The notes below the pieces were generated by a model. It did not search any database and was not told where the DNA came from. It saw only the letters and a list, made by a program, of their open reading frames with translations. Positions 1 to 12,276 of a stretch of 64,000 bases of DNA are shown piece after piece (position 1 is the first letter of the stretch; the number at the start of each line of letters is the position of its first letter). The stretch spans positions 2,852,001-2,916,000 of the forward strand of contig NC_043009.1 of the NCBI RefSeq assembly GCF_006345805.1. Reading direction: 5' to 3'. The DNA comes from Octopus sinensis (lineage: Eukaryota). The translations under genes were made by a program, and so were the position numbers.

Positions 1-99
1 CATTAGGTATATTAGGCATTAGGTATATATGGAAGCATTAGGCATTATGTATATCCGGCCTCTTTCTTCAGGGTGGATATATATATGTATACACAACCA

Positions 100-520
100 A
101 GTCTGGTGATATCGAGCAAGAGCAAGAGATCGTGTATACTTTCTAGTGAAGATTAGGGCTTTCTTTAACATGAAAGTTTATATGGTAGCATAGTCATTAG
201 AAATATGAAGCTGGAGGAAATCGATGCGTGGTTTATAAGAAAGAGAGCGGAACCAGGTGACGATATCACCTGTACAATTCCAAAGTGAATGCTTTACGTT
301 ACGCCAAAATTGAGGTAGGTTTGCTCGATTATGTCTTTGTTAATTCGACCAATGTGTGATTTTGAGGGTCAGATTAATCTAATAGGTTTGGTGGAGAAAT
401 TTGATTCACGATCCTTCAGGATGAAATGGCTAGTTTGGTGTGCATGGTTCACTTCTATTTAGTAGTTCGAAGTCTGAGATGCTTACAATGAAGGTTGTTA
501 ATGTTAGATATTGAAATCTC
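100..520 (-). mobile_element. Decayed Penelope-like element (PLE) reverse-transcriptase fragment
   Basis: Manual minus-strand translation across frameshifts and stops gives FILKDRESNFSTKPIRLI*PSKSHIGRINKDII ... LWNCTGDIVTWFRSLSYKPRIDFLQLHISNDYATI*TFMLKKALIFTRKY. This follows the Penelope/Poseidon RT pattern FITLKDHK.NF..P.CRLINP.KS.IG.I.K.I...QW.NT..VI.WF......F.QFDI..FYPSI...LL.KAL.FA. Confidence 0.72.
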
Positions 521-695
521 CATCCTGAAGAAGAACGGATCTACATAATGTTTACATTAATTTGCATATTTTGGGGAACTAAAACTGCAAATATTATGAG
601 ACCCCCGAACCTGTAACACTACGCCTACTCCCCCTAATGTACCGACTCCATTTATTTTGTGTAAATTTGCTAGGTTGATATTAATATCTTTATAA

Positions 696-810
696 GGCGG
701 CGAGCTGGCAGAAACGTTAGAATGCCGGGCGAAATGCTTAGCGCTATTTCGTCTGCCGTTACGTTCTGAGTTCAAATTCCGCCGAGGTCGACTTCGCCCT
801 TCATCCTTTC
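696..810 (+). mobile_element. tRNA-derived SINE family S1, 5' fragment
   Basis: ggcggcgagctggcagaaacgttag...gttctgagttcaaattccgccgaggtcgact head, shared with many copies in the window. Confidence 0.85.
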
Positions 811-874
811 AAATCATTTAAGCGCCAAATTGTGATTTCTATATTGAACATCTCTGGATCTCATCTGATGAATC

Positions 875-904
875 CCTCTCTCTCTCTCTCTCCTCTCTCT
901 CTCT

Positions 905-978
<74 letters not shown>

Positions 979-984
979 TATGTA
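875..984. repeat. (TC)n followed by (TA)n microsatellite
   Basis: Direct reading. Confidence 0.95.
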
Positions 985-1159
985 TAACGAGACAAATAGG
1001 TTAGTGTAGAACTCATTATACTGATGGTCCAAGCACAATGTTATATGAGTGTAGAGTCGTAACAGAAAAAGAAATAAGAAATAAGAGCGGAAAAACAAAT
1101 GTTATGTAATGAATTCCCTACTCTACAACTGTTTCTGCCATAGGTTTAGTAGTACCACA

Positions 1160-1191
<32 letters not shown>

Positions 1192-1893
1192 TATATATAA
1201 TATATATAGTTATGCAGGTCTTATTTAACGAAATAAAGGACCATGCGATGAATTTGTTATAAGTTTGACTACATATATTTTTCTCCTGATATTTACGTAT
1301 AGTATGCAAAGCGATACAATCAGACTATCTAGCATGTCATCCTATTTCTGCTCGCACCGATTCCTATTTCCTCTTCCTTTAATCCTTGTACTCTTTCTTG
1401 CGTCTTACGTCTCTGCCTCTCCTACGTTTCATTGCATGCACACGCATATATATACAAGTATACACACATACAGAGAGTTGAGTGTACCTATCTCTTATAT
1501 ATTTATACTGAAATGCATACATTACTAGTGTGAGCAATACCACGGATGTTTTATTGCAGATACCCTTTGTTGTTATTACGCGTTATTTAAGAAATCTAGA
1601 TCTGACCGATCTAAGCACGGGTCTTACAAGTACTAGGGAGAAACTATTTCTTTGAGAAAGTGAGACAGACTGTAAGAAAGAAGTGACAGAAAGAGGATAT
1701 TCCACTTCAGTTCAGAGCTTTTTTTTATCTACTGTTCTCGAAAGGATATAAATGTGACATTGACTAAATGTCATTTCCGATCGCATGCCTGCAAATCGAC
1801 CGATAAACTCTAACCATTTTATCTAATGCAGTAATACCTTACCCAAACATTCCGTACAGTATATCGTAATTTATAATACCCGTATCATAATTC

Positions 1894-2680
1894 GGAGAGC
1901 TGACAGAATCAAAATGCTTCGAGTTATTCTGAGTTCAAATTCCGTTCAGCTCAATTTCACCTTTGATCCCTTCGGAGTCAACAAAATTGATAACAATGAA
2001 ACGCTGGAGTCGATGTAAATCAGTATAATATATTTGTAAGACGGCGAGCTGGCAGATCCGTTAGCACGCCGAGCGAAATGCTTAGAGGTATTTCGTCTGC
2101 CGTTACGTTCTGAGTTCAACTTCCGCCGAGGTCGACTTTGCCTTTCATCCTTTCGGGCTCGATAAATTAAGTACCAGTTACGCACTAGGATCGATGTAAT
2201 CGACTTAATCCGTTTATCTGTCCTTGTTTGTCTCCTCTATGTTTAGCCCCTTGTGGGTAGTAAAGAAATAGGTATTTCATCTGCTGTTACGTTCTGAGTT
2301 CAAATTCTGCCGAGGTCGACTTTGCCTTTCATCCTTTCGGGGTCGATAAATTAAGTAGCACCTGCGTACTGGGGTCGATCTAATAGACTGGCTCCCTCCT
2401 CCAAAATTTCGGGCCGTCTGTCTAGAGTAGAAAAGAATATAATATATTCGTATTAAGGTGGCGAGCTGGCAGTGTCGTTAGCACACCGGACAAAATGCTT
2501 AGAGACATTTTTTTCCTTCTTCATGTTCTGAGTTCAAATTCCACCCATGTTGATTTTGCATTTCATTCTCTTGGGGGGGGGGCAATAAGATGAGTACTAG
2601 TTGAGCACTGGAAGTCAATGTAATCGACATACCCCTTTCCTCGATATTGCTGGCCATGCGCCAACATGTGAAACCAATTT
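1894..2680 (+). mobile_element. Cluster of three S1 SINE copies (about 1894-2020 decayed, 2039-2437 near full length, 2456-2680 decayed)
   Basis: Repeated S1 head and body. The middle copy has the internal duplication of the gttctgagttcaaatt...gtcgataaattaagt block and is flanked by tataatatatt(t/c)gta (imperfect TSD). Confidence 0.85.
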
Positions 2681-3300
2681 ATACTACACATGAATATTGA
2701 AATTACGATCAACACCAGCGTAAATATTTACTTCCTCCGTACGTTTCACTGTTGAAATAATTTTCAGTTGGTTTGCAGTTACCTGCGTCCAAATTAGCAT
2801 TTGACTACATCACACATACAAAAACTTACAAGCAGAAAGTTGTCTGTTGAGACAAATCGCATTAGAAACGGATATTTTTTTCTAGAGCTTTTATTAACAA
2901 GTAACTAAACATTTTTATGTTTGGTTCGGATTTTCTTCTTCAATTTACAATTATTTTAACGATAAACTATTAAATTTTCTTTTTATTTAATTGAAACTGG
3001 TCTACCACATATCTGAAATTTCGCAAAAACAGATTACTTAGCAGACTTTCAATTAATTTTAATGAAATAGACTATAAAATGAAGAAAGATAGAAAGGATT
3101 ACATTGAAGTGCCAGTGACCAGGTGTTGGTTTGTTAAAGTTGAATCTCACAAATTAAGATTCTGACTGAAATAACATTATCAATTTCAAAATAACAGAAT
3201 TGAATCCTGTATAAAGTAATGTGTGCAAACTTTTTAACAGTGAAGAACCAAAATATTCGGTGACTTGGTATGTGTACCACTAAATAGAAATGAAAGACAA

Positions 3301-3348
<48 letters not shown>

Positions 3349-3360
3349 TCGAAATGATAG

Positions 3361-3523
3361 ATCGCTAGCCACTACACATTCTTTATTTTCTCTCCTTTTT
3401 TCTTTCTGTGGAAGAGCGTAGGCTCGAAACGTTAAAGACTTTTTCACATCCCGAACGTTATACTAATACATCTGTTTGTTGTCTACACCACCTGTCTTCG
3501 TCTTTTTGTTTTGTAAACGTCCC

Positions 3524-3525
<2 letters not shown>
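3361..3525 (+). mobile_element. ~170-bp repeat family A with a minimal HHR-like motif (3401-3438)
   Basis: TCTTT-CTGTGGA-A-GAGC-gtag-GCTC-GAAAC-GTT-AAAGA. Homologous copies at about 40405-40570 (-) and 60897-61010 (+). All abut (TA)n. Confidence 0.7.
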
Positions 3526-3587
<62 letters not shown>

Positions 3588-3636
3588 GCATATATACACA
3601 TATACGCATATCTATATACATGCACGCACATATATG

Positions 3637-6305
3637 TAGATTTGTGCAGTGTCAGAGTATTGCCAGGTTCTGATTGTGATACTGACCAAAAAATTCTTGG
3701 GGCCAAATTCAAGTTCAAGATCCACAAGAAATTTCGTAGTGCAGGCGGACGAGTACCAAAGAAAATTTATGTAGATCAGCTAAAACATCCACGAGTTTTG
3801 CAGTTATTTCGGAAGAGATGCAGCAATGTTCATTTTCAAGGTTCATAGCAATCTTTCCGTGATGGAATATATAAAATGAGATCAGAGTTGTTAGGTTTTA
3901 AGAGGAGACAATACCGAGACTGGTTTGATTCTAATGATACACTGATAAATGAGATTTTAGCAACAAAGTGGTCCACTCATGAAAAGACTCTTGACCCAAA
4001 CGTTAAGAACAAAATGCAACTAGAGAAGTTTTAAAAGTCTCAGAAAGCAGACATGCAATAAGAGCTCAGGTGGCTTAAAAACACTTGGTGGAGACATTTG
4101 TCTGAGGAAGTACAGGCAGCCTATGACAGGAAAGGCATTACGTTTTTCTATACTTTTGGACCAAAATCTTCATCATATGTTCCCTTGAAGTCGAAAGAGA
4201 GCACTTTGCATATCTTTTTCGCGATCCGTCTGTAGTGAACATGGATATCATAAACAATATTTCGCATAGATAGTGCAACACATGAATGATACGCCTTGCA
4301 TTGCAGAAGTGAATCCGGCATTATGTAAACTGAGATCAGGTAAAGCTCCTGGATTGGATGGTATTCCATTTGAAATGTGAAAGCAGGTGGGGATCATATT
4401 TCATCTGAAATTCATAACCTTATATCTCGAGTTTAGAATGGATAAATGGTATCCTAATATTTGTATACAAGGGTAAGAGCCTGAAAGCAGTATGTAGTAA
4501 TACTAGGGGGCCAACTCGTCTGGCGCATACGGGGAGGATACTTTCAAAGACCATGGTAGATCGTCTTGTTGAGAATGTGTGTCCACATGTGTTTCTTGAA
4601 ATACAGTGTGGTCTCAGAACTGAGCGAGGAACAATGGACATTATATTTTCTGTGAGGCATGTTCGAGAGAAATTCTTAGAGGGACAAATGCCACTATACC
4701 AGGTCTTCATAGATTTAACTAAGACGTTTGACACGGCACACAGGGAGGCACTGTGGAGTGTTTTGTCTAAACTTGTCTGTACAACACATTTTGTGACCAT
4801 TTTTTAGGAACTACACAGAAACATGAAAACTCAGGTAGTCTTTAACTGTGCGCTGCCTCATGAATTTTCGGTCTACAACGGTGTCAAACAGGGAGATATT
4901 CCTTCCTCTAAACTTTTCTCTATTTATTTTGCTGCATTAATTTGGTATGCTTTCAAAGATTGCAACGGGGGAATCGGAATCAGATTTCGGACATTAGTCG
5001 TAATCTTAATTTGACCTGGTATAACTACAAAGGAAAGGCTTTCAAAACACATGTTAGAGAATTACTTTATGCTGACGATGCAGGTGTGTTGGCGCACTCA
5101 GAGGGGGATATGCAACTTTTAATGGGCAGATTGTCCACTGCATGTGTACATTTTGGACTCAGAATTAATCTGGGGAAGACGAAAGTAATGTTTACTCCCG
5201 CGCCAGGACAAACATATTCTGAGCCAAACATTTTTACCTATGGAAGAAGTTTAGGTAGGAAGCCTACTGTCAAGAGATGGTAGTATTGATGCAGTGGTGT
5301 ACTATCGAATAAAAAAGCGAAGTGTTGCATTTGGAAAGCTCGAAAAGCGAGTGTGGGCGGATATAGGTTTTTCCCTGAAGTCAAAAATCAGTGTCTATAA
5401 AGCGTGTGTATTGTCTGCACTTTTGTATTCAAGTGAGACATGGACGACTTACAAGCGTCATATAAAAATGCTGGAGAGATTTCATCAAAAGTCCCTGAGA
5501 CGCGTGATAGGAGTCAAGTGGGAATGTTTCATACCAGATACAGAGGTTTTGTGCATGGGATGTTGCATCTCAGTTGAACAACATGGTATATTGGCTAAAA
5601 TAAGATGGATTGGCCATGTTATTAGAATGAAAGACAAGCATTTGCTAAAGCGTCTTTTTTATGATGAGCTCAACTCTGGTAAGCGATCACAACATAAGCC
5701 GAGGATGAGGTATAATGACTGTGTGAAAGATAACCTGAAGAAACTAGGTATGAACATAGGTGACTGGGAAAATGATGCTCTAGCTCGGAACAGGTGAAGT
5801 GCCGTTAGGACAGATTGCAGTGTCTGGGAGGAAAAGATAATTGAGCACTCTGAATTTAAAAGGGCTTGTCGCAAAGGAACAGTTGGAACTGTAATCAACA
5901 GGGAACATTGGATATGTATTATACATCGCCGTGTTCTATTGTCAAATGCAGGATACGAGGAATCATATCAAGTCACATGAAAATCATAATGCTCAGAGAG
6001 GTAATGATCGTGGGAACCAACCATATATTATGACTGGTATCGTGTCAAAAAACTAGTAAGACAATATCTGGACTTAAAAGACGTACACTAGTTCACAATG
6101 ATAGTCCTTCAGAATAACATTCCAAAGGGCAAATTTATAGAAGATTCTTGAATAATATGTCACTTCGGTTTTAAACACCGTAAATCAGCAGCTGGTTTTA
6201 AAAGCCATCTAAAGGCTCATCAACAGAGTGACTGGACTGTGTGATGGTGTATGGTATGTGTGTTGATAGGATGGCTATCATCTCTCAAGATGAAGCAATC
6301 ATCAT
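3637..6305 (+). mobile_element. 5'-truncated, decayed RTE-clade (BovB/RTE-like) LINE: end of APE domain, RT, C-terminal region
   Basis: ORF pieces: [15 protein letters not shown] (EN C-terminus); QCGLRTERGTMDIIFSVRHVREKF...VFIDLTKTFDT; GVKQGDIPSSKLFSIY; LLYADDAG; GLRINLGKTKVM; VYKACVLSALLYSSETW; RWIGHVIRM...LFYDELNSGKRSQHKPRMRYNDCVK. Many stops and frameshifts. Confidence 0.92.
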
Positions 6306-6420
6306 ATGTATATGTATATACATAATGTATACATATATATATATATATATATGATAAATATAATAAAGAATAAAAGAATATAATATATATATAGGTAATA
6401 TATATGTATATATATCATAT

Positions 6421-6570
6421 CAGGAGTGACTGTGTGGTAAGTAACTAGCTCACCAACCACATGGTTCTAAGTTCAGTCCCACTGCGTGGCACCTTGGGCA
6501 AGTGTCTTCTACTATAGCATTGTGAGCGGATCTGCTAGACGGAAACTGAAAGAAGCCCGTCGTATATATG

Positions 6571-6601
<31 letters not shown>

Positions 6602-6795
6602 TTGTGTTTCTGTGTTTGTCCTCCCCCTCAACATTGCTAGACAACCGATGGTGGTGCGTGTACGTCCCCGTAACCTAACGGTGCAGCAAAAGGTCCGATA
6701 GAATAAGTAGTAGACTTACAAAGAATAAGTCCAGGCGGTGATCCAGTATGGCCGCAGTCAAGTCATTGACATAATAAAACGAATAAAAGAATAAG
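6421..6795 (+). mobile_element. tRNA-derived SINE family S2 (internal TA/TG microsatellite)
   Basis: aggagtg(a/g)ctgtgtggtaag...gttcagtcccactgcgtggcaccttgggcaagtgtcttctactatagc head; same family at 23388, 32510 and 45821. Confidence 0.85.
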
Positions 6796-8037
6796 TAATA
6801 TATGTATAATACATAAAACACACACACATATATATATATATATATACATATCGCCAGTGTATACTATATTCGATAGATATATTGTGTTTCGCCGGATAAT
6901 CGTAGACTAGTCATTCATTTCGCATCACTAGGTGACAATAAACGCGATCACTTTTCACACTAATTTATGAGTTTCTTTCTATGGAAATAGGCAAAGCAAG
7001 TTTCCTTGAATCTGAAACGTGTAAATATTTAAACAAATTTATGAATTTGAAATTACCACCATCTTCCAATGAGAACAGGATAAAACAGAAAGTCATTTCA
7101 ATCTACTAAGGCGAATCGTCGTTGCGATGAAATTCTTTACGCTTATGGCGTTGTGGTATTCCAAATTAAGTGATTCCATCGATCTATTTGAAATGACATG
7201 GAAATTATCATCAATTCCTAACTTGTCATATTCCAAAATACAAAGTGCTATAATTTTTAAGCATGGTAGATTTTTGACATACATATCTGATAGTGGAGTG
7301 ACTGGTTGTAGCTGGAACTTATTGATCGATGAGAAAAGAAAATGAAGAGACAGTGACACAATTGTTTTCATGTGATTACTTATTTGTAATCACAGCCGTT
7401 GGAGCGTCGGGAAAAATGTCTTGCGATATTTGGTCCATTAGCTTACGCTCCATGTTTATAACCCATTTACCTTTCATCCTTCCAGGATAGGTACAAGAGT
7501 GTAGCAGTCAAATATTTATTGGATATTATTGATTTATATGCAACAATAAAAATATTGTTAGATTTGTACCTTAACAACTTTTTATGTTATTCTATGTTCT
7601 ACAATTTTACAATTGTATTACGTCACCATTTTGTAAGGCAATTTTGGTTCCATGTTATGGTTCTACTCGTTAAATATGTGTACAGTTGTTAAATTCACAC
7701 AGCTGTGATTCTCTTGTTCTGAATTCGATCTTGCAATTTTGTTTATTACTGACAACATTTGTAATTACACATATTACCCAGTTAACCTACCATAGTGAAA
7801 ATATTGCAGAAAGTATACCAGAAGGCAAGGAAACATTAATATGAAATAAAGCCTATGTTTGCAGAAGGCTTAGCAATAAAATACCATCGTAAATCTCAGG
7901 AGAATATAATAGTGTTGTTTTGTGTGGTCAATATACAAACGACACGTGCAGCTGTGCATCTTTTCATATACTAATACCGAATGCAGTCTAATATGTTTCC
8001 TGTATATATATGCATATATACATGTATATATATATAT

Positions 8038-8089
<52 letters not shown>

Positions 8090-8588
8090 GTATGTGTTTG
8101 TATGTATGTGTTTGTATGTATGTGTGTGTGTATGTTGGGGGTTATCCATATATACGTAAAACTATACACGGCTATAAATATGTTATATATACATGAATGC
8201 AAGCATGCACATACGGCACTATTCATACATAAAGACATACATGCATGCAATTTTGGAGACTTCAACATATCATGCTGGCTATTAGTGGCATAGAAAAGAA
8301 AAATAATAGCCGAAAACAGGGCACCCACATGACGTACAAACTATTTCCCAATTGCGTGCTTCGATCTCATGTGTAAAATAACTTTAAAAATCTCTATTAA
8401 TATCATTGTTTTGGAAATAATAATACCCTCACAGGTTAATTGGCAGTAGTAAGGAAGGTAGTTTGGTGAATATGGATAACAAATCTTGACAAACATTACT
8501 GATATTAGAGGTACGAAGAAAAACATGGGCCACAGTCGCGATCTGGATGGTTTACAGGAAAGTATTCAATTTTGTACTTCACTCGTAG

Positions 8589-8670
8589 ATGCTGGAGTTA
8601 AATTCCGTATATTTTTTAGAGCCGTAGCAAACCTGAGTTTCTTGGTGTCACCGTTCTTATGTTACGTACC
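8589..8670 (+). CDS. Candidate internal exon of an unidentified host gene (hydrophobic segment)
   Basis: Acceptor ttttgtacttcactcgtag and consensus donor CC|gtgagt. Open frame (D)AGVKFRIFFRAVANLSFLVSPFLCYV(P). The 5' boundary is uncertain because the frame stays open upstream to 8486. Confidence 0.35.
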
Positions 8671-8989
8671 GTGAGTGCTTCTAATGCCTCCGATAGCATT
8701 CAGTATTTCAAGTTTAGTCTTTCGATTTGTCATAATTGTAACTCCTCGCTAGGAATTTTAAGAAAACCTGAATTATAAGCGACTGAGGCCTTAACACTAA
8801 CCTAGCATAGAACTGCCTTGGTGACCATCTGAAAATATAATTGAAGGTATGGAGGAAATGAAGGCAATCCATGGTCGATGTACGATATTCTCAAAACATA
8901 GAAATAGACTTTATCCTCGATAAATGTTTTCCCATAATCGCAATAGAAGGAAAGACTATAAGCCCGTTTAGTAATATTGGTATCATAGT

Positions 8990-9530
8990 TTGGTACAAAG
9001 TCAGCATTTTCGGGGAAAAGCGTCAGTCTATTACATCGACCCCACTGGTACTTATCTCATCGTTCACGAAATGATGAATGCCAGAAAAGACTTCGGTGGA
9101 ATTTAAACTCAGCGCGTGAAGACGAACGAAACGACACTAAGAATATTACCCAGCGTAATAACGATTCTGCTGAAATATCGTTCAACCAATTTCACATGAC
9201 AAATAAGGCACTCTTCTGTTTATTTCTCTATAAATTCTGGAGGAGTTACTTCAGTCCTATATAATCTTAACAAAAATCCCGTGCTGCCTCAGCCCGTTTA
9301 AAGATATTACTATAAATGGCTGCATGGTGCGTTAGCAGAATCGTTAGCGCACCTGGCAGAAGGGTTAGCGTTATTCCGTCCGTCTTTACGTTCTGCGTTC
9401 AAATTCGACTCAGGTCGAATCTGCCTTTCACCACTTCGGGATCTATAAAATGCGTCCCAGTTGAGCACTTAGGTCGATGTAATCGACTTAAACCCAACAA
9501 GAAAATTGCTAGGCTTCAGGCAAAATTTGA
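8990..9530. mobile_element. Two decayed S1-type SINE copies (about 8990-9175 minus, 9318-9530 plus)
   Basis: Recognisable S1 motifs (gtcgatgtaatcgact, gttcaaattc, atcgttagc) in opposite orientations. Confidence 0.7.
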
Positions 9531-9918
9531 TTCCAATATCACAATTAATGGCCTCATTATTTCTCCCACATGTGATGATCATATTATTAATACTTAGAAG
9601 TAGAACATATTTTTTACTTGCTGGGATCTGAACCAAAGAGAATATGTCCCTACTCTATAATGCTATAGAAAAGCAAATATTGTCCTTTGAACTTCCGCAT
9701 GCAATAGATCAATAACATACAACGTGTTTACTGTTCTAATCCTCACACGAACATTTGAGTTGCTACATTGTATTGTTGATGAGGTCTGCGTTACTGAGTT
9801 TAAAATCCAAAGATTGTCATCACAAACTGGGAATTTCTTTTTAAAAAAAGGAAGGAAGATTGCTTTTACGTAAAATGAGAATAAATCACCAAACAAATAA
9901 AATCATCCTGGTTTTCCT

Positions 9919-9975
9919 GGCCCAGTGGTTAGGGCAGCGGACTCTCAGTCGGAGGATCGCGGTTTCAATTCCCTT
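9919..9975 (+). mobile_element. tRNA-like head of SINE family S3
   Basis: ggcccagtggttagggcagcggactc...ggatcgcggtttcaattccc matches the head of the copy at 40941-41274 (-). Confidence 0.7.
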
Positions 9976-10570
9976 TATTTATAGAAATGTATTCTTTCAT
10001 ACACCAAATTTATTTAAACACTTTGATGTTATTGTATTGTGGTTGTTAATGCTGTTTTTTCCGTTGCTGTTCCCAGCAAGTAATGAAAGGAAGCTGGGAA
10101 AAATTATTTTTCTGAATGCTTTCCCAATATCTATCTGTAGATTTGTTCTTTTGTAATTTTAAAATAATCGTGAAGTATGAGCTAAATTAAAGAAATCTCT
10201 TTGAAAGAGCCAAAACAAAGTGAACCAATCATTTGTTTCCTATAATCCTTCACTGTTCAGCAACACAAAAACAGATATTTTACAAGAGATCTCTTCTAAA
10301 AACAGTTTAAGAAGTACCGATGCAAAAACAATAAGAACAAGCTCGAGCTGCGGATTTTCGTGGCGTAGGCTACCCGTACACGAATCTTATAATATCTCAT
10401 ATGTAAAGGAATAATCTCCGCTGCTACGAAGGAGACGGCACTGAAAGAATTATTTCAACGTAAAGCAACACATGAAATGCAAGAGAACGTTCTGACGCAA
10501 ACATTACTGTAAGATAAATTCTTGTAAAAATATTTTGGTGAAAAGTTGTGATGAGGTGTCGCTGTATACA

Positions 10571-12169
10571 TCAGGTTGGTGCCAAGGTAATGGCTGACTT
10601 TAAGGTCTCTATTCAAAATGAATTATCCCATCATTAAGCCTATGTTCATTCGCTAATGTAGTTTTCATTGCTTTGTAGAATTTAATTCCATCTGTCACCA
10701 AGCTTATAAATACTACGCTTCTAAAATTGTTGAGGTTTTGATGTGAAATAGGAACCCAACGCATTTTCAACCTTTCCGCTTAATGTCACACTAAGCCCGT
10801 TTAAATGGTTCTGTAGTCCCCGAAACAAGTGGTAATCAGAATGAGCAAGGTCTGGAGAATATGGAGCATGAAGTAATATTTCCCAACTAATCTCTTCCAA
10901 AAGAGATCTTTGGTCAGTCGAGCTGTTTGAGGACGAACATTATCATATTGGAAGATGACACCTTTTCTGTTGACTAAGCGCAGCTGCTTCCTGTTCGAAG
11001 CAGCTTTCAAACAGCGAAGTTTACCACAGTGGAGATTAGCAGTAATCGTTTAAATGTTATCGAACAGTCCATAATGGAAAACTCCTTCAATATCCCACCA
11101 TACACTCAGCAGTATCTTCCTTGGTTGAAGTGTTCATCTTGGTTGTTGAAAAAATTTTCCTCCTCGACCAATCAACGATTGGCGTTATTTCACGTTATGG
11201 TAAATGATCCACTTCTTATCGCTTGTAACAAGACTTCCTAAAGCTGGTTCCCTAAGGTGTTGTGAAAGCAATGATAGACAACAAACAACACGCTTTTGCA
11301 TTTTATCTGGAGGCAGTTCTTGCGGGACCCATTCTCGAACATCACTGAAACTCTTCCAATCCTTTTCAGTTGGCGTAGAACAGTTGTACGGGTTGCGTTA
11401 AACTGTTCTGTAAGTTCTGTATAATTAGGGGTTGGATTTTCTCTGACAACAGCTTCCAGCGCTTTGGAATCAGGTTGTTTTGAACAACCTTCTTTTGGTT
11501 CCTCTTTCAAACTCAAATCCCCACCTATGAAGCGAGAAAACCATCTCCTGCAACGTATTTCACTCACTACATCATCCCCATAAAATCTTTGAAGAGACTT
11601 TGCTGCCGAGCTTGCATTGACATGTTTATGAAACTCATAGAGTAAGACAAGTTTAATATGACCTTTAGACGGGACGAAAATGGGTGCGAATACAGCAGAA
11701 GAGTATGGCCAATACAATCAGAATCTGAAAGAAAAATATAGAAATTTCTCATTGTGACAGTCTTAAACATTGCAAAAACCAAAATTTTAAAAATAGCATC
11801 CAAAACTCATCAGAAATATTGCATTTCTAAATATCGCAGATAGACCTATAGAGTAGCAACAGAATAAAGTGATGGCTTGTTACCAACTTAATGTGGCAGC
11901 ACCAGGAAAGAGAAGAATAACCCCAGGAAATGCCGTTTCCAGTTGGCTATGGGATGCAAGCGTTCTGTGTCCTTAAGTGTTCAAACAGGGGAGATAAGCA
12001 CCTCAACCCAGCAAAGCCAGCAACCAGAGACTAGTTTCAGTGTCATTGCTCTTCATCATTCTGGAGTAGCTTGGCTTGCTAGTTGTTGATGCTTATTCGC
12101 CTTTGAAAACTTACAGAATTTCAAAAACTATTTTGCAAAAAATCGTTCATTACTTTTGCACCAAACTGA
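10571..12169 (-). mobile_element. Decayed mariner-family DNA transposon with both TIRs; transposase remnant about 10646-11690
   Basis: TIRs tcaggttggtgccaaggtaatg (10571) and cattacttttgcaccaaactga-TA (to 12169). Protein motifs FVPSKGHIKLVLLYEFH, RCRRWFSRF, WVPQEL, VTSDKKWIIYHN, DNVRPQ, HAPYSPDLAHSDYHLF. Confidence 0.9.
11830..12100 (-). ncRNA. Diverged HHR-element monomer (core-mutated minimal hammerhead at 12024-12064) inside the mariner leader
   Basis: CCAGA-ATGATGA-AGAGCAATGACACT-GAAA-CTAG-TC/TCTGG: 5-bp helix I, palindromic helix III ACTAGT, GUC triplet; C3 is mutated to A. Downstream sequence is homologous to the 55.5-56.1 kb element. Boundaries approximate. Confidence 0.65.
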
Positions 12170-12239
12170 TACAACATTTTCAGCTCAAATCTCATCCCTG
12201 TCATTAACGACTGCTTGTGATAGAAGTAGAACAATTGAG

Positions 12240-12276
<37 letters not shown>

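Noticed and set aside
3408-3848. 146-aa ORF as a chimeric gene
   Set aside because: A chance read-through of family A, a (TA)n tract and the truncated LINE endonuclease end.
7093-7371. Overlapping ORFs on both strands with a faint LRR-like look on the minus strand
   Set aside because: The pattern is too loose and there is no convincing splice pair.
11724-11760. Strong minus-strand splice acceptor (tttctatatttttctttcag) upstream of the mariner transposase
   Set aside because: The transposase frame has a TGA right after it and there is no strong donor; pyrimidine tracts are common here.
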